Source: an uncultured bacterium (GTDB taxonomy: Bacteria > Planctomycetota > Phycisphaerae > UBA1845). Taken from it: a stretch of DNA of 64,000 nucleotides. A program made the translations under genes and the position numbers. Below, in pieces: positions 18,582 to 27,227 of the stretch. The DNA is taken from assembly GCA_965371245.1 (NCBI GenBank), contig CBDUXT010000022.1, forward strand, positions 620 to 64,619. Reading direction: 5' to 3'. Numbering within the stretch: the first letter of the stretch is position 1; the number at the start of each line of letters is the position of its first letter. The notes beneath the pieces are model-generated. The model was given only the letters and a program-made list of their open reading frames with translations. It was not told the DNA's origin and made no database searches.

Positions 18582-20372
18582 TTATGCGTTCAGCGGCTTG
18601 GCCACCTCCAGTTTCTCAAGGGCCTCGCACAGGGAACGGAGGTCGTCCGCGAAACGGTCTCGCTTTTCACCGAGGAACTGCTCGGCTCGGGAGCGGTAGT
18701 ATTCGATCCCGGAGAACAGATTGTCCTTGAACTCGCGGAAGTACTTTGGAACATGGGCGGACAGGCCGAGCGTGTAGTCCTCGATCTCCTTGCGAAGGTG
18801 ATCGACGTACAGCGAAAGCTCTCGAATGAACATGTGTGGACGATCATGCCTGGTGGTAAGCGACAGCCGCCCGTAGATGTGCGACACCATCTCCTGCAAG
18901 GTGGAGATCTTGGTGAAGTCCGCGATGCCGGGACCGCAGCAGATCGCGGGCGTGGCATTCGGGTCGATGTCGCGCATGAGCGTCACGCCGCCGCCAAGGT
19001 CATGGCAGATGCAGGCTTTCGCAACGACTCGCTCTTTCGCGGCGACGAGCTGTTGGTGCGGCAACCCCTCGACAGTCATGTGCTCGAGCTTACGTTTCTG
19101 GAAAGCGCGGGAGGCGGGACAGAGCGGGAGTTTCGTGAACTCGGTGTTGGATACAAGGAAGCCCTTCGGGCATGGGCTACCGGGTTTGCCCTCCCGGATG
19201 CGGCGCCGGCGCGCCTCTTCGCTGGCCGAAGTTCGGAGGGTCCAAAATGGGATCCCAAGCGGCGAGCTGTCGCTGAGATGCACGTCGCGGTCCGTGGCGC
19301 TCGAGAGCTCTTGCTGATGAGCGGCATCGACGTTCGCCACTTCCGGCACAAGCAAGAACGGGGTTGCCCAGCCGGTGCTTTCAACTCGGAAATACTTGAG
19401 CAGCAGTCTGTCTTCATCGGCCGTTCCGATGCCGCCCTGGGCGGTGATCTGCATCTCGAGCGGAATGTCGTTGGACAATCCGCCGGCAGCCTCGCGAAAG
19501 ATGCCAAGCAGCGTTTCCTGGAGTTCCCGTTTCCGTTCTTTGAACTCCTCCAGGATGGGACCCATCAAGAGTCCTTTGGTGGCGAAGGCGTGTCCGCCGC
19601 AGTTTAGCCCGGATTCGACACGGAATTCGGACACCCACAGGCCACGTTTGGCGAGGAATCTTCCCTGAATCATCGCCGATCGCAAATCGCTGACCTTCAG
19701 GACGATCCTTTTCTTGATGATTCCGTTCCGGTCCGGGTGGAAGTCCGTGAATCGGGCGGCATAGGTAAAGAGACGCTTGTTCATGCCCGCCGAGAAGATG
19801 ATGGAGGAGGTCAGCGAGCTGTTCGCGTAGCCGCGTAAGGCGGCCATGGCGTCAGCGAACTCCGGCGCGAGCCTTTCTCCGTTTCGGTAGACGTCTCGAT
19901 CAAGCTTCGTCATGATGTTGACGTCGATCGCGCCGGGGACCGCGCGGCGGCGGAGTTCATCCTGCAGGCGTGCCTTCTCGTCCGGATTCTTCGTCGCCAG
20001 CATCTGGTGATAGGCTCTTCTGGGCGGCGAATCCGGAAGCATTTCGTAGTATTGAGTGATGTCGCTGCGCTCCTGGAACGGCGATGCCTGCAAGGTCCGG
20101 ACCTGTTTGCGAACGAGTCGGTCCACAAGATTCAGATACGCGGTGATACGCCGGGCGCGAGCGTCCTCCGCGCGCCGGCCGATCTCTTCGTAGGGCTCCT
20201 CCGCCTTGTGGCAGTGCATCTTTCGTAATTGTTCGATGAGCACATCGTCCACCAGAGAGATCACCGTGCTGATGCCGTACTTGGCAACCCTTAGCGGCGT
20301 ATCGACAGTGAATCCCGTGCCCATGACCGGGATGTGAAACGTATGCGCGCTGTGATTGGTTGCATCCGTCAT
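18582..20372 (-). CDS. conserved uncharacterised protein, possible FMN/TIM-barrel oxidoreductase with Cys-rich C-terminal half
   Basis: 596-aa ORF with good coding character. Motifs HIPVMGTGFTVDTPLRVAKYGISTVISLVDD, SGLNCGGHAF and QGGIGT recall NMO/FabK/PfaD-type TIM barrels. Cys cluster CP...CP...CICHDLGGG...CCGPG. No named family recognised. Confidence 0.7.
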   Translation of the reverse strand: MTDATNHSAHTFHIPVMGTGFTVDTPLRVAKYGISTVISLVDDVLIEQLRKMHCHKAEEPYEEIGRRAEDARARRITAYLNLVDRLVRKQVRTLQASPFQERSDITQYYEMLPDSPPRRAYHQMLATKNPDEKARLQDELRRRAVPGAIDVNIMTKLDRDVYRNGERLAPEFADAMAALRGYANSSLTSSIIFSAGMNKRLFTYAARFTDFHPDRNGIIKKRIVLKVSDLRSAMIQGRFLAKRGLWVSEFRVESGLNCGGHAFATKGLLMGPILEEFKERKRELQETLLGIFREAAGGLSNDIPLEMQITAQGGIGTADEDRLLLKYFRVESTGWATPFLLVPEVANVDAAHQQELSSATDRDVHLSDSSPLGIPFWTLRTSASEEARRRRIREGKPGSPCPKGFLVSNTEFTKLPLCPASRAFQKRKLEHMTVEGLPHQQLVAAKERVVAKACICHDLGGGVTLMRDIDPNATPAICCGPGIADFTKISTLQEMVSHIYGRLSLTTRHDRPHMFIRELSLYVDHLRKEIEDYTLGLSAHVPKYFREFKDNLFSGIEYYRSRAEQFLGEKRDRFADDLRSLCEALEKLEVAKPLNA

Positions 20373-20881
20373 GTCGCCTTCTCCGAGTACGGCGAGGTGC
20401 CAGTTTGTATTGAACGGTCAACGAGGGGCGCGGGCAAACGATGGTTCCTTCGCATGAGTCGATCCCGTTCGGTCGTTATCCTGTCAAGCCAGGTTGGCGC
20501 AGGCCGGCACCAACACGCTCGTGCGACTGTGTGTCGTGCCATTGGTGTTGCGGCGCGCGGAGCCAACACTCCGCGGCTCGCCGGCGCTTCAGAATCGCGC
20601 GCGATGTCCGGCAAGCCGACGTCCGCCCGCAACTCGCCCAATCCATCGCGGTACGTCGGTGAAGCATGCATCGTTCGTTCCGTTGCCTTACCGGCACCGA
20701 TCCATAGGCATCGGCAATAACCGTGCCAACCGCGGCGGGGACGCTGAAACATCGTATTGTACAACCTCACTGCGCTGAAAGCGATATCTTGTCCAGCCTG
20801 AAAACTCCGCACGGCTTGCAAACAAAGCAATTGCGGCGTTGTCTCTCGTAGCGTTCGCACGTGCCCGTGTGGCGAATCAAC

Positions 20882-21040
20882 AGCCCCGGAAGCCTGGGCA
20901 CGCCGCCGTCGCAGACGTGGCGGATTTTCCTGGACAACCACATTCGCGATCTCGTGGCGATCGATTTGTTCAGGGTTCCGACTACGACGTTTCGCATCTT
21001 GTTCGGCTTCATCGTACCGCGACACCGCCGAAGACCTTGA
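20882..21040 (+). pseudogene. remnant of an integrase-core (rve) transposase N-terminal region
   Basis: The frame reads GTPPSQTWRIFLDNHIRDLVAIDLFRVPTTTFRILFGFIVPRHRRRP-stop. This matches the ...SQTWRTFLRNH...DFFTVPT..FRvLf.f.V..H.RR segment that precedes the catalytic core in IS481/IS3-like integrases. No catalytic domain follows. Confidence 0.5.
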
Positions 21041-21154
21041 ACGGCGCCGGATGGAGTTGTTGATAGCGACAGGCGTCCGCCGCTGTTTTTGGCCTATCGC
21101 CCTAACGCTCATCGGCGCGAGATTCGTCTCGACTCCACACGGAGCTCGATCGGG

Positions 21155-21766
21155 TCATGCACCGAGTTCCTCATAATCCGCCCGCGTATCGATATCGCGC
21201 AATATGGCGTCGTCGTCGATGGCGACCTCGCATACCAGGTCAGCGCGAAGGCGCTGGAGTTCGTTGAGTCCACCGTCCATTTCGCCGAGCGTTTGACGTA
21301 GAACGGCCGGGAACAGGATGGGGTGTCCCCGCTTACCGCCGCAGGTCGCCACGACGATTCTCGAGGGGTTCTCGCGAAAGGCTTCGACGCATCGCCGGCA
21401 TGCCTCGGGCGGAACCGTCGGCATGTCGGCCGGGATCACAAGTATACCGGCATCCATCGACAGGCCATGGACTTCGTCCAGACGGTCCAGCCCCCGTCGG
21501 ATCGAGTCGATCATCTGACTTGACGAGTCGTCGTTGATGGCGACGAGCAAGCGATCATCTCGGGGCAGATCGATCGTATCGACGAGCTCGGTTCTGGTCA
21601 CCACCACGACGGCATCCAACCCCGCCGCGAGCATGGTTCGCGCCGTGTGCGCCGTCATCGTACACTCGCCGTAGGGTAGCGTCTGCTTGGAAGCCCCCAT
21701 TCGCCGGCTCATGCCCGCGGCCGGAAGCACGCCGTACACCGGGACTCGCGGTTTCGTTGGCCTCAC
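21155..21766 (-). CDS. mocA: molybdenum cofactor cytidylyltransferase (MobA-like NTP transferase)
   Basis: GVLPAAGMSRRMGASKQ nucleotide-binding motif, about 200 aa, 4-nt overlap with xdhC. Context is a xanthine-dehydrogenase-family enzyme. Confidence 0.8.
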   Translation of the reverse strand: MRPTKPRVPVYGVLPAAGMSRRMGASKQTLPYGECTMTAHTARTMLAAGLDAVVVVTRTELVDTIDLPRDDRLLVAINDDSSSQMIDSIRRGLDRLDEVHGLSMDAGILVIPADMPTVPPEACRRCVEAFRENPSRIVVATCGGKRGHPILFPAVLRQTLGEMDGGLNELQRLRADLVCEVAIDDDAILRDIDTRADYEELGA

Positions 21767-22704
21767 GGCGCATCCACAGGGAAAGGACCCTCGATCGCCT
21801 CACGATGGGTCGCGCGGCGGAGGCTGATCAACTCGGCCGCAATGCTAATGGCGATCTCGTCCGTTGTAACGGCATCGATCTTCAACCCGATCGGCGCATG
21901 GACTTGTGCCAGCGCGCTCTCGCTCGCGCCGGCCTGCCGTAAGTCGTCGAAGATGACTCTGATCTTGCGGCGACTGCCGATCATGCCGATATACTTGGCC
22001 TGCGATCCGAGAACGGCACCGAGCGCCGCCTCGTCGTGTCGGTGCCCGCGCGTCACGATGACGACGTAGGCACCGCTGTGGCGAACTTGCTCTTTCAAGA
22101 GCTTGGCCATATCGCCGACATGCACGATGACCGGGGGTGGAAAGCGACCCTCGTTGGCGTATTCGCTGCGATCGTCCATGACGTGGACTTCAAATCCGAT
22201 GCGCTGGGTCACGTCCGCGAGCACCCGGCTGATATGCCCGGCCCCGGCGATCAACAGCTTCGGTGCAGCCTCCACGTGAACACGATACGCCCACTGTCGT
22301 TCGTCCTTCTCGATCCGGATGGGAACGGTGGCGGCGCCGGTCTTGAGGGCCGTTACGGCTGCGCGGTACGGTCCCATTTCGGTGTCCGGGTTGATGGGAC
22401 AGATGGCCACGTCCATTTCGCCGCCGCAAATCATGCCGTCGTCATATCCGAAGTCGGCGTCGAGCCTGAAGGTCACGAGTCGCCCGACCCCGGCATCGAG
22501 CTGCTGATGAGCTTGGCGGCGCACGTCCGCCTCGACGCAGCCGCCGCCAAGTGTGCCGGTAACGGTCGCGCTGTCATCGACGCAAACCATGACGCCCGCC
22601 GGCTGTGGTGTCGATCCGCGCGTAGCCACCACAACACAGAGCGCGACGCGTCGGCCGGCTTCGTGCTCGGTTACGATCGTCTGAAGTACATCCCGCGGCG
22701 TCAT
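21763..22704 (-). CDS. xdhC: XdhC/CoxI family molybdoenzyme maturation factor
   Basis: N-terminal XdhC_CoxI motif (VVATRGSTPQPAGVMVCVD...GTLGGGCVEADV) and a C-terminal Rossmann-like domain (LLIAGAGHISRVLA). Confidence 0.85.
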   Translation of the reverse strand: MTPRDVLQTIVTEHEAGRRVALCVVVATRGSTPQPAGVMVCVDDSATVTGTLGGGCVEADVRRQAHQQLDAGVGRLVTFRLDADFGYDDGMICGGEMDVAICPINPDTEMGPYRAAVTALKTGAATVPIRIEKDERQWAYRVHVEAAPKLLIAGAGHISRVLADVTQRIGFEVHVMDDRSEYANEGRFPPPVIVHVGDMAKLLKEQVRHSGAYVVIVTRGHRHDEAALGAVLGSQAKYIGMIGSRRKIRVIFDDLRQAGASESALAQVHAPIGLKIDAVTTDEIAISIAAELISLRRATHREAIEGPFPVDAP

Positions 22705-22765
22705 GCCCCCAGTATAGGTTGTGGACGCACCGCGACACAGCCCGCCGGTCGTGAAGGATGGCTAC

Positions 22766-22942
22766 GGGTGCGTAACAGTCTTGGCGGACCCTGCAAAGCC
22801 ATCTACGGCGCCACGCTGCGTCAGAGCCGTGGCGCAAGCCCACGGACACGATGCGACCAAGCAGAGGGCTTCTACGATACCAGACCGGTCACAGGGCTCG
22901 CGCCCCGTGCTCTGAAAACTGCCCGCCGATTCGGTCATGCAC
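22766..22942 (+). repeat. family-D ~177-nt MITE-like element, copy 1
   Basis: About 85-90 percent identical by eye to the reverse complement of 63281-63458. Imperfect terminal inverted repeats (GGGTGC...GGCGG). Internal hairpin CCGTGG(G)C-GCAA-GCCCACGG. Confidence 0.8.
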
Positions 22943-22949
22943 CCGATGG

Positions 22950-24305
22950 CTACGAGTATCTCGCACCTCGGTGGCAGGGCGGGTAGAACATGGGGAGCCA
23001 TCGATCCACTCGCAGCAGGCCCTCGCGCGACAGCTCGACCTCGTTCGTGTCGCTTTGAATCCAACGGTTTCGCCGCAGCTCGTCCAAGGGACTCGCGAAG
23101 CGATCCAGCGGATCAACGCCGAAGCGGTCGCGAAGCCGATCCACATCGACCCGTCCGAGCTTGAGTTGCAAGATGAACTCGCGGATCAGGCGCTCGTCGT
23201 GGTTTAGTGAGTAGGCTCGCCCGATCGGCAAGTCCTCGCTGCGAACCCGGTCAAGGTATGTTGTCTGAGAGGTGACGTTCTGAAAATGGACGCCGCCGAG
23301 ATACGAAAACGAGGCCACGCCGAGCCCCAGCAGGTCGGCGCCGTGATATTGCCGATCCTGATAGATAAAGACGTGTTTCTTCGCGTCGCGCACCGCGGAG
23401 TAGGCACTGCGAACGTCGTAGCCCGCCTCTTCGAGTCGCGCAAAAGCCAGGCCCAGGCGTCGCCGTTTCTCGTGCCATGAAATCAAGGCTGTGTCTGTGG
23501 GGCCGGCACATACATCATGGTAGAGCGGCGTGTTGAGCGGTATTTCGAGCTGGTAGATCGTGACGCTCTCGGGTGCCATGGCGATGACACGGTCGATGCC
23601 GTCCAGGAACGATTCCGCCGTCTCGCCGGGAAGACCGACGATCAGATCGATGTTGACCACGGGGAAGCCCGCGCCGCGGATCGCTTCGTGCGCCCGGTCT
23701 ACATCGGCCGCAAGATGGATGCGCCCGTTTTTTTGCAGCACATGATCGTTGAACGTCTGCACGCCAAGGCTCAATCGCGTGATGCCGTTGTCTCTGAGGG
23801 TCTTCATCTTGGATGCGGTGACGGTCTTGGGCGCGCACTCGAAGCAGACCTCTTCGGCCGCCGTCCACGGGGCGATCCCCTGCAAGCGCTCCAACAGTCG
23901 CGCGAGCGTTTCGCCGGGCAGAAGCGACGGCGTGCCCCCGCCGAAGTAGACGAAAGAGACGTCGCGACCCGACATGGCCGGGGTGTCGCGGTAAAGCCGC
24001 CACTCGTCGGCCACGGCGTCCGCGTATTCATCCATATGCCGGTGAGACTTGCCGGCATGCGAAAGAAAATAACAGTACCGGCACCGCTCGACGCAGAACG
24101 GAATGTGGACATAGAGCCCAAGCGGCGCACCGGAAGGCGACGGGGGCTGATCGAGCACGCCCGTCACGGCGTCCACGGCTTTTGACGTCCAAGCCGAAAA
24201 AGGCGGATAGGTGGAGATGAAGTAGTTTCCGGCAACCGGCTCGTCGATGCCACAACCGACTCCGTCGCCGCTGGTATCCGGTTCAACGTTCATGTTGGGA
24301 TGCAT
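22950..24305 (-). CDS. HemN-like radical SAM protein (oxygen-independent coproporphyrinogen III oxidase family)
   Basis: YVHIPFCVERCRYCYF (CxxxCxxC), GGGTPSLL and the HemN_C region, 451 aa. Confidence 0.85.
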   Translation of the reverse strand: MHPNMNVEPDTSGDGVGCGIDEPVAGNYFISTYPPFSAWTSKAVDAVTGVLDQPPSPSGAPLGLYVHIPFCVERCRYCYFLSHAGKSHRHMDEYADAVADEWRLYRDTPAMSGRDVSFVYFGGGTPSLLPGETLARLLERLQGIAPWTAAEEVCFECAPKTVTASKMKTLRDNGITRLSLGVQTFNDHVLQKNGRIHLAADVDRAHEAIRGAGFPVVNIDLIVGLPGETAESFLDGIDRVIAMAPESVTIYQLEIPLNTPLYHDVCAGPTDTALISWHEKRRRLGLAFARLEEAGYDVRSAYSAVRDAKKHVFIYQDRQYHGADLLGLGVASFSYLGGVHFQNVTSQTTYLDRVRSEDLPIGRAYSLNHDERLIREFILQLKLGRVDVDRLRDRFGVDPLDRFASPLDELRRNRWIQSDTNEVELSREGLLRVDRWLPMFYPPCHRGARYS

Positions 24306-24329
24306 GGCATCGCTACCTGGTTGGCGGCA

Positions 24330-27227
24330 TCAGATCGTCGCCGGCTCTTGGGCGCGTTTCTTACTCGCGAGCGCTTTGAGGATTTTCTCAGGCGTGATGG
24401 GTAGATCCTTGATCCAAACGCCGGTGGCGTTGGCGATCGCGTGGGCTACGGCGCCGAGCACCGGCAGCGTGCTCCCTTCACCGATTTCCTTGGCGCCGAA
24501 TGGACCCCGGGGCTCGTACGAATCAACCAGCCCGCTGAAAATCTCCGGTGCATCCTTGATCGTCATCATCAGGTAGCCGTGCAGGTTCGGGTTGAGGATG
24601 CGACCCTGATCGTCAAACTGCACCTCCTCAAGCAAGGTTTCGCTGGCCCCCATGACGACGGCGCCCTCGACCTGACCGTGGACCGAGAGCGGGTTGATGG
24701 GCGTGCCGCAGTCGTGATAGTCGGTGAACTTGTCGATCTTGACCTTGCCGGTCTCGAGATCGACGGAAACCTCGCAAACGGCGCTGCCAAACGAGTAGGC
24801 CGGACTGGTGCCAACGGTCGCCCCTTTGTAATTGCCGCCAAGTCCGTCGGGCGGTTTGTAGGCGCCGGTGCCGACCAGCGGACCGTGATCGTTGAAATAC
24901 TTCCGCGCCACCTCCTCCCAGGCCACGCCGTCGGATTCGACGCCGCGCGCGAACATCCGCCCGTTGTGCGCCTCGACCAATGATTCGTCGCACCCGAGCA
25001 AGCGCGCGGCGTAGGGTTTCATTTTCTCGACCACCGCAGCGCCCGCCCGCGACACGGCATGGCCGGCCATCAAGGTCACCCGCGACGAATAAGCACCGAG
25101 ATCAAGCGGTGAAATATCAGTGTCTTCGCTGCGGATGCGCAATCGCGCCGCCGGAATGCCGAGCGACTCGGCACACATCTGCGTCAAGACCGTGTCACTT
25201 CCCTGGCCGATTTCAGCGGCGCCGATCATCAAGACAGCCGCCATGCCGTCCTCGCTGATTTTCACGATCGCGTTGGCGTGCGGGAAGATCGACTTCTTCT
25301 GGAATGACTCGCGACCCTTTTCGTGCGAAAGCTGAACCTGGCCGCGGTAGATGCAATAGCCCGCGCCGGAGACAAACCCGCCACACCCGATGCCGATGCC
25401 CTTGCCCTTCGGTAGTTTGTTGTACTTCTGATCCCAGTTGGCTTTGGCGGACACCGCCTCCAGCGTGCGCAAAAACTCGCAGCTCCCGACGGCCATCTCA
25501 TTGACGGTCATCGAGTTCGGTGTCATGGCGTTGCGCCGGCGAATCTCCACCGGGTCAATGCCCAGGTCGTCCGCGACCATGTTGAGCAAACATTCGAACG
25601 CGAACCGCGGCTGCGGAACGCCGTGGCCTCGCATCGCGCCGGCCGCCGGCTTGTTGGTCATCATGCGGTAGCCGTCGTACTTGTACGCCGGAAAGCGATA
25701 GAGCGTCGGCAGGACGCTCCCGGCGTAATACGCAGTGGCCACGCCAAAGGAAGAGTAGGCGCCGCCATCCAGATAGATTTCGCTGGCGAACGAGCGGATC
25801 GTTCCGTCGCGATCGACCCCGATCTTGAACTTCATGTGCTGCTTGTGCCGGCCGCGCCCGTGGTGAAACATCTCCTCACGCGAGTAGACCATCTTGACGG
25901 GTCGCCCGAGCTTCCTGCTGAATAGCGCCGCGCACAGATCAAGCGGTGTGGTTTCCGCCTTGCCGCCAAAGCCGCCGCCGACGGTGGGACGGATCACGCG
26001 AATCTTGCCGAGCGGGATGTGCAGCACGTGGGCCATCATGTACTGGACGTAGTGCGGGACCTGCGTCGAGGTGTGGAGCACCAGCGTGCCGTCGTGGTCC
26101 CAGGTGGCAATCGATGCGTGCGGCTCCAGCGGCGACTGGTAGATGTGGTTGCCGGTGAATGTCTCTTCGCGCACGTGAAACGAGTCCGCGAAACCTTGCT
26201 CGACGTCGCCGAAGCTCTGCTCGACATGGGTGTTGATGTTGCGTTCGTAGCGATCGTGAATCCGCGGCGCGCCCTCTTCGCCCGCCAGATAGGGATCGAG
26301 CACGCACGGCAGCGCTTCGTATTCCACTTCGATGAGTTCCAGCGCCGCCTCGGCGGTCCGCTCATCGATCGCGGCCACGGCGGCCACCTCATCCCCGACG
26401 TGGCGGACCTTGTCTCGGGCGAGCACGTACTCGTCATACCGCGCGGGCGACACGCCGTACTGCGTATCGGGTACGTCCTTGCCGGTGATGACGGCCAGCA
26501 CGCCCGGAAGGACTTCCGCCTTCGAGGTGTCGATGCGTTTGATACGCCCGTGCGCGATGGGCGATCCCAGGATCTTGCCGTACACCATGTTGGAAAGTGC
26601 GATGTCGTCCGTGTAGAGCGCCCGCCCCGTGACCTTGTCAGCGGCGTCCACGCGCGGCATGGGCACACCGACGCTGGTGGCGTCTCGCGAGCTTGGTCGG
26701 TAGTCGGATTGTCCGTCTCGTCTTTCACCAAGCGAATGGTTTTTCTTGGCGCAGGTGCCGTTGTCGCGGTAGTTGTCGCACCGCGACACGGCGCGCATGA
26801 TTCCGGAGTACCCGGTGCAACGACAGAGGTTGCCGGCCAGGGCGTCTTTGATTTCTTCCGCCCCGGGATGGGGACGCTGATCGAGCAACGCCGTCGCGGA
26901 GAGCACCATGCCGGGCGTGCAATACCCGCACTGGATGCCCCCTTCGTTGACAAACGATTTTTGAAGCGGCGTTAGCTGACCATCAACCGCGACGCCTTCG
27001 ATGGTCGTGATTTTTCGATCGGCGACCTCAGCGGCGAGCATCAGGCAGGCGTTCATCGGGCAACCGTCGATGAGCACGGTGCAAACGCCGCAGTCTCCAA
27101 CGCCGCACCCCTTCTTGGTTCCGGTGAGACGCAGCTTGTCGCGCAGTACATCGACCAGCGTGTCGTAGGGCTCGACCACGACGGCACGCTCCTGCCCGTT
27201 AACCCAGAAGGTGGCCACACTGCTCAT
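24330..27227 (-). CDS. xanthine dehydrogenase/aldehyde oxidoreductase-family protein, fused [2Fe-2S] plus molybdopterin-binding subunit
   Basis: N-terminal GCGVGDCGVCTV, CGYCTPGM and NLCRCTGY (two 2Fe-2S sites), followed by about 800 aa of a/b-hammerhead plus Mo-pterin domains (GGGFGGK, the AEIGQGS-type segment). Confidence 0.9.
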   Translation of the reverse strand: MSSVATFWVNGQERAVVVEPYDTLVDVLRDKLRLTGTKKGCGVGDCGVCTVLIDGCPMNACLMLAAEVADRKITTIEGVAVDGQLTPLQKSFVNEGGIQCGYCTPGMVLSATALLDQRPHPGAEEIKDALAGNLCRCTGYSGIMRAVSRCDNYRDNGTCAKKNHSLGERRDGQSDYRPSSRDATSVGVPMPRVDAADKVTGRALYTDDIALSNMVYGKILGSPIAHGRIKRIDTSKAEVLPGVLAVITGKDVPDTQYGVSPARYDEYVLARDKVRHVGDEVAAVAAIDERTAEAALELIEVEYEALPCVLDPYLAGEEGAPRIHDRYERNINTHVEQSFGDVEQGFADSFHVREETFTGNHIYQSPLEPHASIATWDHDGTLVLHTSTQVPHYVQYMMAHVLHIPLGKIRVIRPTVGGGFGGKAETTPLDLCAALFSRKLGRPVKMVYSREEMFHHGRGRHKQHMKFKIGVDRDGTIRSFASEIYLDGGAYSSFGVATAYYAGSVLPTLYRFPAYKYDGYRMMTNKPAAGAMRGHGVPQPRFAFECLLNMVADDLGIDPVEIRRRNAMTPNSMTVNEMAVGSCEFLRTLEAVSAKANWDQKYNKLPKGKGIGIGCGGFVSGAGYCIYRGQVQLSHEKGRESFQKKSIFPHANAIVKISEDGMAAVLMIGAAEIGQGSDTVLTQMCAESLGIPAARLRIRSEDTDISPLDLGAYSSRVTLMAGHAVSRAGAAVVEKMKPYAARLLGCDESLVEAHNGRMFARGVESDGVAWEEVARKYFNDHGPLVGTGAYKPPDGLGGNYKGATVGTSPAYSFGSAVCEVSVDLETGKVKIDKFTDYHDCGTPINPLSVHGQVEGAVVMGASETLLEEVQFDDQGRILNPNLHGYLMMTIKDAPEIFSGLVDSYEPRGPFGAKEIGEGSTLPVLGAVAHAIANATGVWIKDLPITPEKILKALASKKRAQEPATI

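Noticed and set aside
20369-21112. 247-aa minus-strand ORF filling the gap between the 596-aa gene and mocA
   Set aside because: It has no domain signal and Arg-rich composition. It runs antisense to the transposase remnant, so the region is better explained as decayed mobile DNA.
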